The notes beneath the pieces are model-generated. The model made no database searches and was not told where the DNA came from. It was given only the letters and a program-made list of their open reading frames with translations. 64,000 bases of DNA from Tubulanus polymorphus (Eukaryota; Animalia; Nemertea): the NCBI RefSeq assembly GCF_964204645.1, contig NC_134034.1:6112914-6176913 (forward strand), in the 5' to 3' direction. The position numbers and the translations under genes are program-made. Below, in pieces: positions 1 through 15,600 of the stretch. The stretch's first letter is position 1; the number at the start of each line of letters is the position of its first letter.

Positions 1-611
1 TATCAGATATGTTTGGTAACTACCTTACATTATAATCTTGATATAAAGGAGTTAACGATGTAAGTTAGAACGATAAATGATACCAATCAAACGAGAAAAT
101 AACAGAATTATGACTGATGAACTGTAGTTGTTGAGATTCTGTCACGAAGCTGCGGCAAGCGAGTATATGTGTTGCCTAGATTCTCATGTGATTGATTAGA
201 CTTCTCCGATAAAATCGTCAAAAAGAGCTACGAAACCATTTCAAAATATAGTTTTGATCATTTAAAAAAAAATAAAACACTTCGAACCTCCTACAATTTG
301 GAGATTGCAAGAGTAGGGGATCTCTGTTTAAATGTAGTTCTAGGATGAATACAAAAGTCACCGACATTTCAATGCATTTTGCCTTTGAGGTAGGTGACCC
401 AACACTAGCGCCGCTAATGGTGGTGGCTAACATCAAAATCATTTTAATAGAAGTATTCTTAAGTCAGTGGTTCTCCCAATCAACATCGTCATAGAACATT
501 TGCCGGTAGATGTAATACATAAACCAATTAATTTTTTAGCACAGTATAATCTACCAATGCTTCAAAGCCCATGTGCCTCTTGTTATATATCTATAATTTC
601 TTTATTTTCAG

Positions 612-680
612 TGGTCGCACTGAATACCAATCACAAGAGGAAAGCAAACGGCATGCTCGAATCGAGCGCAGCTTCTCCAG
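612..680 (+). CDS. PTPN4: PTPN4-like exon, FERM-adjacent region (S)[22 protein letters not shown](R)
   Basis: ttttcag acceptor, AG|gtac donor, phase 2-2; matches the FA motif GRTExQ...R.F.R. Confidence 0.88.
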
Positions 681-3600
681 GTACAATATGTAAGCTAATT
701 TATGACTTTCTATCCAAATTACTTTTGCGGGTGTGCACTCAGTAATTTCAGTGATTAATGGACTTAATGCATTCTCATTTAAGATCTCCGAGTAAAAGAT
801 ATGCGCGACGGACTATAGGTGGCACAACTAGGGATGTGATATGTGGCGAGCGAAACATAATTGATCGTCGGAAAAACTTTCCTAATAGTAATAGTGTGCC
901 AAACATGCGTCAGTATGTCAGTATGACCACTGCAACCATCGGTGCAAACAATGTTACAAACTCATTAAAAAAGGATAATAACTCACATAAAAACTGGCAT
1001 GAAGATAAAAGTGACGAGTAAGTGATAAATTTTCAACAAACTTGTCATTCAACCCTGGAGAGTTATTTCCTTAGTATGTCCGTTCATTCATTGAGGGAAT
1101 CAGGTTTTTTTTTATACACTTAGATGGATAATCTTGATATTCGGTTTATGCATCTATCTACCCAAAACACATTATGAACTAAAACAAAACGACCTGATCG
1201 GCAACTAAAATGGTCACATGGCTACCTATGTTGTTTGACGCATTCTGTGCATTTCTTAGGTTTCACAGAAAATTTGTAGGTTTGATCGTGATTTTTATCT
1301 GGATGTTTATGTATTCCCTTGGTAGCCATCTTAGTTTCATAAGTCTTAGTTCTAAGTTGGAAAAGATTTTTGCAGGAATTGGCTTATAGTCTTTACGTTA
1401 AATAGTTGTTATCACTCATGTAACATATCTCATGAAGAACCAGGGATCTTTCCTCCTCGGGGAAGTAAAATATCTAATTATAGGCCTATTCAATTTCTCT
1501 ATGCATTGGCTCGGCTTTGATATTGGAAGTTTCAGCTTGTCAAGCATTTCACTAAGTGTGTGTGGAATCCTTGGACCCCTAGTTTAAAATTCCTATCACA
1601 ATAAAGCAATCGAACTGTCTCTAAACCAAAGAATGTTCGGGAATACTATCGAATGAAGCCACATTTGAGTCAGGAAAGCCATTTAACTCATTTGGATTTA
1701 TTTTGCAGTGAAGGTGGATTTCTATCGCGAAAGAATTCGAAGCGACGGGATATTTTCGGTACATTAACGAGTCGATCTACATGTGTTGATGAGGATGCTA
1801 CCAGTTGTCCTGAACAATTATATCAACTTCCACTTTACAACGACCAAACTCTGGTAAGCATTCATTGCTTTTAGTACATTGTACATGTATAAGAAAACAA
1901 GATTATGTGCAACGAGTGGACTTTTAGTTTCAGCTTTTGCTGTAGTTGATTGGAATGATATGCAAAATGACTGAAACCTCATAATCAAATACACATATTT
2001 GAATATTTTGGAGCCATTAAGTGTTTGCATCAACCCTTCATGCTCATAGAAGAACAAACATTTTGACATCATCAAGAAATAATGGCTTTTCCTTTCGCAT
2101 AAATCACAAATTCACAAGATTTACAGACATTTATTTCTAGACAATGGGTACGATCATATTTGAAAATTTTGCTTGGGTCAAAGTGACCTGGACCAGGCCT
2201 GGATCAATTTTTGCCTGTACTCATTCCTTACTAAAATATTCTCCAGTGATGCTGCGCCTATTGGCCAAAAAAAATTTTCAACTCAACCCTACTAGGAGAT
2301 AGAATAATGAAGAATGAATTCCGATTGTGTCAGCTTGTGAGAATATAATGAAATATTTGCCGTCGTTATTGTTTCGTTTGAATAGTTTCTTGGTGTATGC
2401 CTTCACGTGTGGTTGTGCTAATGGATAGACTGTTACACACATGCACACAGTATACAACGTGGTACATGGTACATGGTCACCGGTGACTCTCATTCTCATG
2501 GAGAATTTTCATAATACCCATGCGCCATCTATCCCAAAACCTTCTAAGTAGCTACTTGGTACAAACAGTCATTTTGAAATATATTTAGTGGATCAATATT
2601 GATTAATATGTTTCTCTTATTGCACGGACTGCCTTGCTACACTAAAACAGCCATAATTTTTTTATCCATGGAAATTTTACCATCAAATTCTCAGATAATC
2701 ATCAGAACATACTACACAGGCTTTGTTTTGCAGTTGGTAGGATATCCGAATTCTGAAAAAAACTATGAAAAATTATGCTAATTAGGTCATGTGATGCTCA
2801 TGATTAGTATAAAAAATAAACTATGTTTTAAACTAAAATGCTTGCCCACTATGTTGCCCTCTGTGGGTATAGTACCCCTATCAGAACCCTTAAGGTATCT
2901 ATATACCAGGGGTTTTAGTAAAATCACCAAAATTTCTATTTCTGGCTCAGTACGTCGTAAGGTATATGGCCACAACTAAAAGGTTTATATAAACAGTCAA
3001 CAACAGATGTTCGTATCAATATCTGTTGAATGGAAAAAATTCGCCGAATAAATTCCATTCTATTGATTTAAAGCAAATCCAATTGTTTACAAATGATCTG
3101 GTATCGTCTTAAGAACAGCGGTAGTGAATAACTGACTGCTGATTGCCAATTCATTTGTCGCATAATCTTAAAAGCACTCAGATTGACCACAACTCAATTA
3201 TCACCGAGTCTAAGAGTCTTGTGACACAATACTTGTTGCTGATTGGCTACAAAGATCTGAAGGCATCGTAGAAAATGGAACTTACCAACGGACTTTTGCT
3301 TTAGCAAAGTCCATTTTGTTATCACATATGAAACTTTCTTCCTTTGGTACAAAATAACTTCCAAACGAGGCTTAATTTCTCTTCTCTTTTAAACCATTCA
3401 ATGCAGTAATAAAATCTCTAACCCTATTAAATTTCATCGGAATCCATTGCTTATTTATCAATTCAGTTATTTACTTGTTGTTGGAACTACATTTTGTTTC
3501 GGAAGAACACATGCCTTGTAACTATATTTATGCTTCACACACGTGTTACATATACTCGCCGCTATGTGGTTTATTGATCTCTCCATGAATATGAAAAGCT

Positions 3601-6600
3601 CGTCTTGTGTGTGACCTAGTTAAAGTTTTCTTGGAAACTGCAAATGATTCAACTGCCAGGGTTCGTGCCGGGTGACCATGAAAAGCAGTGAATTATGTAG
3701 AAGGACAGTGAAATTGGGAAAGGGGAAGTGAATCTTGGAAATTGTTCAACTTCTGAAATAGATTGTTTAACAAACTTCACACAGTGTATGAAATAAATGA
3801 AATCGTCACACCATGAACATGGAGAGTGTCTATTTGTGTCAGTAGGGAAAACCCACTTCCATGTATATATTTTATGATGAATCATGCAGTTGTGTATGAT
3901 TACAACATGTATAGTGTTCACGGTGATCGTGTCAATGGACAGATTTTCATAAACACTTCTTGATTCAATCAAGGGAGGGGGCATCTTAGGCTTTTTTGAT
4001 TACTTGGAGCACGGATTCTCTGAAATTCTGCCAAAAACTTCATGCCGAAGATAGGTATGCATTTCCATTCATGATTCAGAAAAAGAAATTTTTTCTCTTG
4101 ATATTTTCCATCCTTATTTTCGATCTAACTATCTGTACAAAGTCAGTTTTCTCTCATCATTTGAATTCAATCCAATAGAGTTTTCACCCTCTTTCATTTC
4201 TTCTGCTTAATCTCTAGACTACCAATGTTTAATTTTGATGCTGATTAAACATACACTCATGTAAATTTAGGTAAGTCCATATTAAGAATTTTGTTTCCTT
4301 CTCTATTCTTACGATTCGGCTTATGACTGGTCTACAATTAATCCGTCGCAGTCGTTAGTAAACGCTTGTCGAAAAGGTTCCCCATTGAAAAATCGCAGAC
4401 TCGCCTCCTTCCAATCCGACGATCTGATCGGATCATAAGGTGACCTCAACTTAGCTTGAGATTTTTCAAAATGGCGTTAATATGCATGGCCAACAAACTG
4501 AAACAAGAAAACAAACTCTGAAGTTTATGGATGCCTTGAAAAATAACACATCTATTGCTTAATATTGTCGACAATAAATATGATATGATATAAAAATCAT
4601 AGGAATCATTAAAGTTATTTTGGATGCAACCAGTCTAGTCCCGATATATTGATGACGTAGTGCACATCCTCTCAAAAATAACGTATTAATTAAGCCTACC
4701 CTTTCCTTAACTTGACTTCCCTCTCCTCGAGCCAATTTTCCTGGTCCCAGTTTTCGAATAAGGTGAGGTTTACTGTAGAGCAGAACAAATTTAATGACCA
4801 ATTTAAATTTGTTTTCACCTACAGAAAACTGACCATTTCTTTGTCAAATACTTGTCAATTTTAAACAAATTTTGTCTTAGACCATATGGACCTCGGGGTC
4901 CTCTGGTTTTGTAGATATTTATTTAATCGTCAGTAAATTCAGGTGCTCATGCGATCAGTGTAGGCCCTAAATATTTCATCAAACTTAGAATATACAATTA
5001 TTACACAAAGATTTCTTTCATGCAAAATGTAAGAACTAATTTCTGTGAACCAATACTCCATCAATGTTAATACGCACTTATTTAATGTAATCGTCGAGCT
5101 AACCCCCATTGTAACTTGATAAAGTCGTCTCTCACGCTGAGATTAGAATTTATGTCGAATTACATGTCCTCAATGGTGCATCTTGAGTTATGAAGTATTA
5201 GGTATCATATTGTTTGAATTAAATCTTGAAACAACAGGTCAGCGAAATGGGATTCAATTTTATTTCTTCAGCAGAAAAATCAAATTTTATTGAATTTTTT
5301 TTGGCATGAATCATAGATACGTAGTAACTAAAGCAAAAACAAATAGACCATAAGTCTGTGATCCTGCCTGTTAATAATGCACATTTTAGTAGATATAGCC
5401 ATTAATCGAGATTAATGCAGTACCAAAGCATAATCTACCAATGCTTTAGGACCTTTAGTTTCAGCCTATGTTCACCTGAGGGCAGCAACTTCTTGTGTTC
5501 TTATGATAATCTGATTATATGTGTATGTCACATAAATAAATAAAAGTAAATAGAATAAATAAATAAATATTGAATGCCTGATTAACCATATTTCCATTTA
5601 TATAAGGACCTATGAATATTTTGCCAAAAATGATTTCGGGGTGGGCACTCACTTGAAATGAGGGAAAATCAGGGAATTTCCTCTTCTAAGAAAAAAGTCG
5701 GGGTATAATCGGGGAATATTGTAAAAAAGCTGAAAATTAGGGAAAAGTCAGGGAAATTTGTTGAGATTGCTAGATCACACATGAAATCAAACAGGTTTCG
5801 TCTATGTCTTACGACTGTTTTAATTGATTGGATTCTTAGCAGATTAAGTCAGGGAAAACAACGTGCTTGTCAGGGAATAGTAAAAAAAAAAGAAGTCAAA
5901 TAAAAGTGACCACCCTGGATTTGTCTATGGAGATGCTGAATTGGAAACTTAATAAGAAAGTTTAAGGAATTGCTCATAGTCCTTGATAATTCATAATGGG
6001 AAATTTTTCACGTATTCTTTCTATTTCTATTTGAAACCTCAATCATTATGAATAAAACTTTTATAACTGAAGGGGGTCTCATATTGCCAAAAAATTTAGG
6101 TGGAATTTTGTATGTAGTAATACAGTCCAAGTTGTCAATGTAAAACGTGGCATGCTGGTGCCCTGGCTTGTAATCATAAGACAAGTTACGTATGTCTAAC
6201 TAAGCTACTAACGTAGAAGTTTGTGTTATCATTGCTGGATAGTGGTATTTTAAGTTTGGTATACACCACCGCTCAGCCACTGGTGCACCATATACTCTAC
6301 ACTACATACATACATACGTACATATGATTGATAGTAGGCCTATACCTTCTCGGAGATATGTAGGTTTTTGTATTTAAAGGATATTAAAATGACGGGTACT
6401 CGATGAAAGAGTCTATTCAAACTTTTCGTCTAATGTATAAATGTTGTTGGGTGGTAAGTAATTGAAATATCTTGTTGATCAACATGAGACTTATTATTTC
6501 TATTTAGGGTTGTAGTTCATCTTTAGGTTCCATGGAAACATGTTACATGCTTATTACACTAAACACCAAAATGAATTATCTCAAGAAATATAGGACTTAA

Positions 6601-9600
6601 ATTCATTGATTTAGAGTAGAAGAAATACATTCAGACTAAGCAGAAACAGTGAATGAGATTGATTTATTTACTTTGTTGTGGTATCTGTTATACAGAATGT
6701 AATTAAAGTGATTTTCACTTGAGAAACATTTAAAATGAATGAACTGTGAACAAGTCTTCTCAGTGACATAGGGAAAACAAGATATACAAGGTCGCAAAAT
6801 CGCATTCTAGAGTGTATGAATATTATGAATGTGATGTGATCGTTGTGCGTAGAAACTGGGTACTCCCCCTACTGAAGACATCCTGCGTCTGTGGAGGCCA
6901 CAAAAAACTGAATTATATAGGTACCAAGCAAAACAGTTGTTTAGAAAAATATGAATATCCCCAATCGGGAGGCAAAACTTTGATCTGCGGTGTGTCACTG
7001 CATGAACTGAGCTATAGCGACTTAATACATACAGAAATGCTGAGATGTTCTTATCCACTATTGCCGCAGATGCCTGATAAACCCTTACTATCAGGCTATA
7101 AACATCTTTAATTTGGATGCACTGAAAAATCCACCATTGTGGTTAATCATAGCATGTTGTTTACTATGGCCTGTTGTTGTTATGTATAGATTGCAGCACT
7201 TTATTCGGTCCTGCAATAATAGGACAGGGCAATAGACTATGATTTGGAAAGATCAACTTCATGAAGATTTATTGCTTCCAAATGTGAGAAAAAATTAAAT
7301 TGAAATAATTCAATTATGTTAATTATTCAATTCAAGTCAAATTCTTGGAATTCATGGCTATAATTTTACTGTGTTGTATCAAATATGCTTAATTTGTCCG
7401 TGCTGAATAGCCCACCGCTATGATGGATCGTGGCCTGATCTCGCCATCATGGATAAATGGCTGCATCGGTTTTATTCCGCAATCATACGTTGGAGCTTCG
7501 GACTACGATTTGGACAAATCAATTCACCAAGGTTCATTGCTTTATGTTTGAATAGAAAAGATATTTATTTACTGCCGGTTATTCCCTGACACATTTGTGT
7601 CTAATAATGTTAATAATGTGATATCCTAATCATTTCATTTGCTTGAGTTTTTATCTATTCAGGTATTAACCTTTGTATATTAAGTTATTGGTTATTCATG
7701 AAAAACTAAAGAGATCAATTCAACTAGGTTCCTACTACCTACAAAGGGGAATTTCTCAGGATTTCACTGACACAGTAAACATAGTTTTACTTCCCTGAAA
7801 CTTCATTATTAAATGCCAAGTGAAATACTTAGTAAACCATTTTCTGCTAGATTTATAGCCATCGTTTAGTACATAATTTGTGATACAATGTCTGCATGTG
7901 AAGTAAACTGTATTAATGGATTTCAGAGAAGATTCATTAGACTTTCATTTTGCATTTGTCATCAATTGAGGTTATGATATGATAGCTAGCTGCAAATGTG
8001 TCTGGTAACTGCTCTTCGCGTATTCTAGGGCTGTCATTCGATTTAGTTGTCTGTTTAGAGACAGGTAGGCATAAAAAATCTACAATTATCTGTTTAGAGG
8101 TGAATGAAAACGAAGTCATATCTCAGTATTAATCTTTTGTTCTTAAATGGTTTATAATTTCATTTGTCCTATATGAATATGCACTTTATTCTGTGATATC
8201 GATATGGGGTATAGCCCCACAACTCAGGTATAATCTGTCGATTTCGACTCAGGCTTGCCTGACTGTACGAACATAGGCCTACAGTGAATCATTTGTTCAA
8301 CCATGTTAATGTCAAAATAACATTTTGTGATGAATATCATTCTTCTCAAACTCAGTACCAGGTAGCCATAGATAAATAGTTTATAAAACATTGCAATTTT
8401 TGATAGTTTTTGCCATTAGACAATTTGTACTATGTAATCATTGCCTGTTTGTCCGTTAATCAGTTCCAAAGTTGCCCATGACATTTTCTATTATTGTGAT
8501 TAGTTTCAAGGTAATTGGTAAATATGTTCAACGTAGGGCACTGAATATTGAAACTGCCAGATTGTCAAACGTTTGACCAATTTGGCATGGTAGCCCTGTA
8601 CCCCTAATTCTCTCAAGTTAAACTATAGCCTGGGTACCATTATAAAATAAATCTTGAATTTTAGTGATGAAAGCATGTGTTAAAACCAAATACGAATTTG
8701 TTTCCTAACGTTGTAAAATATACATGCCTTGGCTCCTTTCAAAAACAATAGAATTATGAAATGTGGTTGTTGAAAAATACATTCATACATAGAATATCTC
8801 ATTTTTGAACAAATCTATGTACGTAGTACTTTGGTAGCGCAAGTATACAATTTGCACGTTTGCTAATACTTAACAACTTCTGTAATAAACAGTGTACTGA
8901 TGTTTCATCGTAATTCAACACATCAGTTCCATGTTGAACTGATAGATGGTACCACTGAATTATATACCCTACACTATCAACGTGCTTTCCAGAGTCCTAC
9001 TATTAAACATGCATCTGACTGGGTTATGGATGTTCATAAGTCCTGAAAAATATATTTATGTAATAATCAACTGCTGTCTCTATTGAGAATATGATATTAG
9101 GTACAAAATATTTGCATTTTGCTATACCCCTGCAGTAAAAACTTATGGTCACCTCAGGGGCTCAATTCATAAAAAAGCAAAAATATATTGTTTCATATTT
9201 TTCAGCATTTATGCCACCATGCAATAATATCTTAACTGTATTCTACTGTGTTAATTTTGTCATACGTCTGTCCATTGAATGAAGTGCCACTACATAGTAG
9301 GCCTACGCTCAGAATATGATGGGCAATTTTTTTCCTGGCCTCATTTTCAAGAAGCACATAACCTTACGACTCAACATTGCCGCTCTCTGTGGTTCTGCTT
9401 TTCGATTTCTAAAATCAAGAAATGAGACAATTTTTTTCTCACTCATAGTTTATGATGGCAAAAATGTATAAATTGGCGTTGCAGTATGCAAATGTATATA
9501 TTGGTTTTGAAATATATGGCAAGCATCATAGGCGCAAACTGAAGCAAAAGATAGATCTTCACTAAGAAACTAAGGCGTCTCCACCACCCCTTTTAGTGGA

Positions 9601-12600
9601 TGATCATATGTTCTATCGGTATAGATACTTTGAAACTCATTAATTGTTTGGGTTTACTTCAAGTTTTTTCAATTCTTGGCTATAATGCATAAATAGGTTG
9701 ACATAGCTCGAGGTGTATTATACACAGACATTTCACCTCACCTGTGTTGGCATAAATCGTCCTTGAGAGATTCTAGTTTTCTTCCAATTCAACACCCTTC
9801 TAGAGTTGGTGGGACCAAACCATGATTATTGCATCATGTATTTCATATCCATGGCTATGTACATAGATTGCCTTGTGAACTGCCATTGATATGGCTCCCA
9901 TGTCTTTTTGATATTTAAAGGGGAACTGCAAACATGTTTGAATGGAGGATTAAATTGCACATATGTTCTCATAAAAAATGTTGTCACACACAACACACGA
10001 CTCAGTTATGCATTACTTGTAGTAGCACATGGTGCATTCATTATGCATTGTCTAGAGTTACGTACCATCAATAATACTTCCATAGTATACCACCATAACG
10101 GGTGAAACAATCCATAATCGGATGAAGGCTACAGGCAAAATAAGTTTTGTAGTGATATACTTTTCAGTGAAGATTTTGACAGTATAGCAGGATGGAAAGA
10201 GTAGCATTATGTTTATTCCAAATTTAATGCAACTTTAATCTTTGTCAATATCATAATCAGACTGCTACATATTTGCAATGAAATTATTGAAACTGACAGA
10301 ACATGACAGGGTCTATTATCTTAGTTAATACAACATCACAGGGTATGAAATGCACTCTGTAAAAAAGCTACTTGAACTGGAGCCTGTGTGTATGATAACA
10401 CTGGTCAGTAGTATGTACTGAGAACCACTTACTGCTCAGTGTCATTCAGTCAAAAATCGTGTTTTGTCTGTCTATGCAGAAAAATCATTGAACAACCGAA
10501 TTAGTGACACAAGCATACACATTATAATTACACTTGAATGTCGCAGGTCTATTGACCTCCTAGACGTGACACATTAGTCTGGCAGTGATAGCGTGTGTGT
10601 TGTAGTACTGCTATTATTTTGCAGGTCTCTTGGTGACTATGCACTGTATGTTCGTACGAATAGTGTTCAAGGAATGTGCATTTGATCATTCAAGAAATTG
10701 TAAAAACAGGCTTAGGACCTACTGGAATATTTTCTTGCGAGTACTTAGGATTTCATACACCTTGATTACTTTCTTGAAGCTGTTACATGGTGTGGATTAC
10801 TTAAAACTGAGTACAGTGATTGGTTAAATGTTGTGACAGCTTTTGATAGCTGCTGAACATTCAGCATATACTTAGATGATTGCAGCAACTGAAATTCAAA
10901 CGATTTGATATAACATATGCTAGCATGGATGAAAAAGTTTCTTTCCGTCTAATACGCTTGAGTGAGCTTTATATTTATGGACTGCGCATACTCGTACAAC
11001 ATCTAAACAAGTCTATAATGTTTTTATGCTCTTGGACTGCTCAGTGTGATATCAATTTTAGCTAGATATAAAAATGTTTTTCCTTGTTGCAATTTTAAGT
11101 ACTATTATGTAGCCTGTATTTCAATTGCATATGCAGTGTAGAAATACCATTGACACAGATTTCTGTACACAATGTTAGGGGTTTAGAAACAGGATCATTT
11201 GCTTAATAGTAAATGATTGAAATACTTGATATTGAATTTGAATTCTTCTGAGAAAATTCATTTGTTTACATGACACATATGACATAGTTTTCTGTAAATT
11301 ATTTCTTCACTATTTTAGCAAATTGCTGGGGCAATATGAAACCCAATCAATGGCTTGTAAAATAACTCAACATAGATTTTTAATCATACTTCCTTTGTAT
11401 AAGGTTAGGCCTACATGAAAGGTAGTGCAATACCTCATTAAATCATAGTGCAGGCGAGTAGAATTAGAAGCGTACAGCAAGCATTCTTCCTCACTACCTG
11501 AGAATATAGTTTCATTTTTCATCAAGTGACCTATCGGAATGCACCATTCAAATTATCATATTTGGTGATTATTCTTAACAGAAGATGGATTTACCCAAAT
11601 TTAAACCGCAAAGCAATACTGGCCAATTTGAGAATGCTGTATGGCAAATGGTGCTTGGGCAGTGTAGAACTAAATCACAGCCTTTTGTATCAACTGCAGC
11701 AAATGAATGGACTACAACATTTTCACAGGCTGTGACCAGTACTGCACAAGAAATGGTACAAACTCCGGGTAAAATTTCTAACACTAGCACTACTAGTGGT
11801 AAGAGATATAATCGAGATCCAAAAATGGGCATTGTTTTGCAAGGACAACAATCTCAGACATATTCTCAAAGTGCTGATTTAATATCAACATCCAGGTCAA
11901 ACACATCTATGAAAACCGGTGATAATGTTATGAAAAAACTCTCACCAGCAAATCGAAGAACGCGTACATCATCAAGTTTTAGTTATGGAAGTTTTGCGAG
12001 TGGCCTTTCATCTTCAGTGGCCATCAAAGCAGCTGCTCCATCTGGAACTTCATCATGTGACCGCATTTTTGATAACCACTGCTCGGAAGTTCCACCACGA
12101 TTGGTGAAGTCAAACTACCCTGAATCGTTTACATGTGCGATAAGTGATAGCTGTGCGGATAGGAATCAAAATGTTGTTCAGCGTAGAGACTCATTTAAAT
12201 GTGCATGGATGGGTGATTCTCAAAATCATATCGTGGCAGGAAACCTTAAAGTGTTAAAGAGCCACCGGAAATATAGACAAAAAACGATCAGTCCAGTAAA
12301 ACGCTTCTTCAACGCCTGGTCTGATAAGAATAAAAACAATCCTATTGAAAATCAGAATCATGCCAATCCTGTTAGTGTTACCCCGATCTCACAGCAGAAT
12401 ATCAAAGAGAATTTACGTGATTGGATGAGCCGTAGCCAATCAGGACAAATCTTGTGTTCATCTTCGTCAGTAAATTCTACTAAACAAGGAATATACACAT
12501 CACCATCATGGACAGGTCATTCAACTACATTGGTGACTTCTAAAACAAAATCTAGTGCAGAAGTCCAAGCTGGATCAAATAGCGCCAATTATACAAAGAC

Positions 12601-15600
12601 AGTGGCACCACCTAAATGCAGAATACCATTGTCTCGATCACAAAGTGTTAGAATGTTTATTTCACCTTGTTCAGTAGCGATGCCATCTGCTATTCAGGAT
12701 ACTGGAGTCCTGCACAATTCTAGCAATCCTTCAAAATCCAAGAATCTCAATAAATCGAATGTGAAATGTGAGCTGGCAAACATAGAATCAAAAAAACCAG
12801 ATATAGAACTCTCAATCGACAGTTTAAAAAAGTTTGATACTGCTGAATTGGTATCGGTTGGTGATAATGATAACAAATCAATTCAAGGAGAAAATAAAAA
12901 ACCATCTGCACCAGACTTGTTACCTGCATTGAGAGGCTGGTCACCGCGTACGTTGAGACGCATTCGTCAGTCAGTAGGTGATAGGAAAGTTTTATCAGAT
13001 AGTGCGGTGATGTTGGGGTGCTCAGATTGGAGCGAGTTTCAGAAAAAAGCTGGCATTCGTCGATGTAAATCAATGTTCATACCAGCACAATCATCATCGG
13101 ATCTCAATCTTATTACTCAGGTATTGAAGTTGATAACATCTAATTTCAAAAATGATGCTTTTTAAAATGATGCTATTTGGAGCATTACTCTCAAGAGTGC
13201 CCTAAAAGCCCCTTAGTTTGGTTTCTAATAATCTAAAGGCTTTAGTTTATAATATAACAACCAGTGTACAGTCTGAGCAGGTCATTCTAATGCCTTAGTT
13301 CAGAATTGGATTTGTACATATGTATTCTCGGTGTTAAAAGTGTAACGGATCCATGACATTAACTGTCATTCTGTGACTTGTGACCAGTTTAGTGTTACAG
13401 ATCCAGTGAAAACATCCAATTTTCAACAGATCTGTTGCACTATCCCAAAATCTTAAATACCCTGTCTTGATTCAGTCAAAGTTAAGAATTATCCTTGATA
13501 ACATTTTTCATCCTCAATATATAAGGATAGGATGTTGGGAAATTTAGAATTTCCTTCCCTCAGGTGTGGTTGATGCATTTACATATTTACATTCTCATTA
13601 CTAACCAGTGAAAGGAAAGTGTAACACCTTAATGAGTTCACAGTTCAGAACTCTGCCAAAGAATATTCATACTAGATTGAAAAAGTGCTTGTTTTTGTAG
13701 CGACCTCTTATTAGTCCTGAGTGCAAAATTATTTTGTTGATATCCAGGAGTCAGGGTGATATCACAGAGTCAAATCTGTACCATGGTGAAGCTTTTCAAA
13801 GTAGAATGATGAATTTGAATTGAGTCATAGACATTTCTAACCATCCAACAATTTAGACTGTCACATTCCATTGCTCTTGATCCAGTATAACTGGCATAAT
13901 TTGAGTTCTTGGACAGTTTAAATTCAAAGAGGTTACTGAACTTGTTGCTGACATTAATCAAAGACAAATAAAGAAAGGATTACAACGGACATGGATTCAG
14001 TGTTGATCACCATGAAAGAAGTGGATTATTAACTTAAGAATTAATGTCTTAAGAAAGATAGCATTTGGATTATATGATGACAAACGGAGGCTCACCCTAT
14101 TATTGATTTTTAGTGTTGATATTCAATTTTTTCTCAATGCAGATTTTACTCACGACAGAGTTTGTTTCAACATCATCGATAAAGATCAAATTATTTCTTT
14201 CAGCCTAATGGGGGTGCCATACATCATGATTCAGTTGTCACAATAAGAATGAAGCCTGACGAACAAGGACGGTTTGGCTTCAATGTCAAGGTTAGTATTG
14301 TTGTGTTAAAAAGTATTTTTCGAAATGACGTACATTCAATTTATTATGTCAACTCGTGTAAATACTTCTTATGGTATGATCATATTTTAGATAAAATGCA
14401 CCACGTTTGGTATTATATATCCTCGGTGCTCTATATGTACAGGGTGGCGACAAATAATGTTTTTTTTTTCAATTCTCTGATAAGGGAAATTACGGTTTTG
14501 ATTAGGCCCATCTGGTTCATCACGATTGCAGAGTACGTTAACTTCGATTAACCACTTGAGAACTGGGGTCTAGAATTTCTGTCGGGTTTTCTATATACCT
14601 ATTTACCACCAAATTGCCGGTCGCTGCGCTCTGTTGAATTTGACTAGTCATAATCATCTTAAGGGAAAATCTGTAACCACTGCGGAAAATATCGAGGTGG
14701 TCAAAGAAATTAATAGTATCGGTACGACCAAACTATGTAATGTTTGTAATTTGAGGACCACACTAAATATTTCTTCATTTCATCTTATCAGTTCAGAAAA
14801 TCGCTAAAGCCCCCTGGGATTCTAGAGTTAAATGTGACCTGGTACTCAAGTGGCTTGAATTGTTGTCTTAAATTTGACTAGTGATAATCATCAGAAAAGA
14901 AAATCTGTAATGACTCCCGAAAATATCTAGATGGTCATAGAAATTAATAGTATTAGTGTGACCAAACCATGAAAGTGATATTATCTGTTCTACTGTTTTT
15001 CATGTGTGAAGGGACTCATTTGATACATTGGTATCGGGGTGCGTCAATGTGAGACGTGATTTGGATAAACATGATTTGCTAATTAACCAGAAATTGCTGA
15101 TAAAAGTCTGACAAAATTTGCCTGACAGACCCTGTATATCATGATGCTTTGACAACGGCAGCCCTTGGGGGCTGTCTATTGCAACAGCTTTTCACCAAAA
15201 ATAAAATGCCATCAGCGAAACTAACTGCTTGAAGCCCACGGCCAAATCACTGGTAGTAATAAATTAATTTGTACTCGATTTGATTCTCATGATGAGGAGA
15301 AACTCGCAGCTGACCCCTGGAACGACGATGTAGTGACACACATCGATTCGTCGATGTTTACGGCTCAACAGTGCTTTTAAAATCTTAAGTAGTAAATTTC
15401 CAGTGTATCGGTAATATGATTTGATGAGGAAAATGGGCTATTGTTAAAATTAGTTTTTAAAAACCACGACTGAATGTGCAATCTTTGGGTAATAAATTTG
15501 TTAATTTATGCTTGAATTGATAATCGACGTGACAAGAAACGTGCGGTAGATTTCGGAAAGACGACTTAGAAAAACATGTGGGCTCTTTGAATGGGGTTCA

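Noticed and set aside
14440-15134. Possible TA-flanked CAGGGT…ACCCTG Tc1/mariner-type MITE with an internal duplication
   Set aside because: The TIR match is too short to call with confidence.
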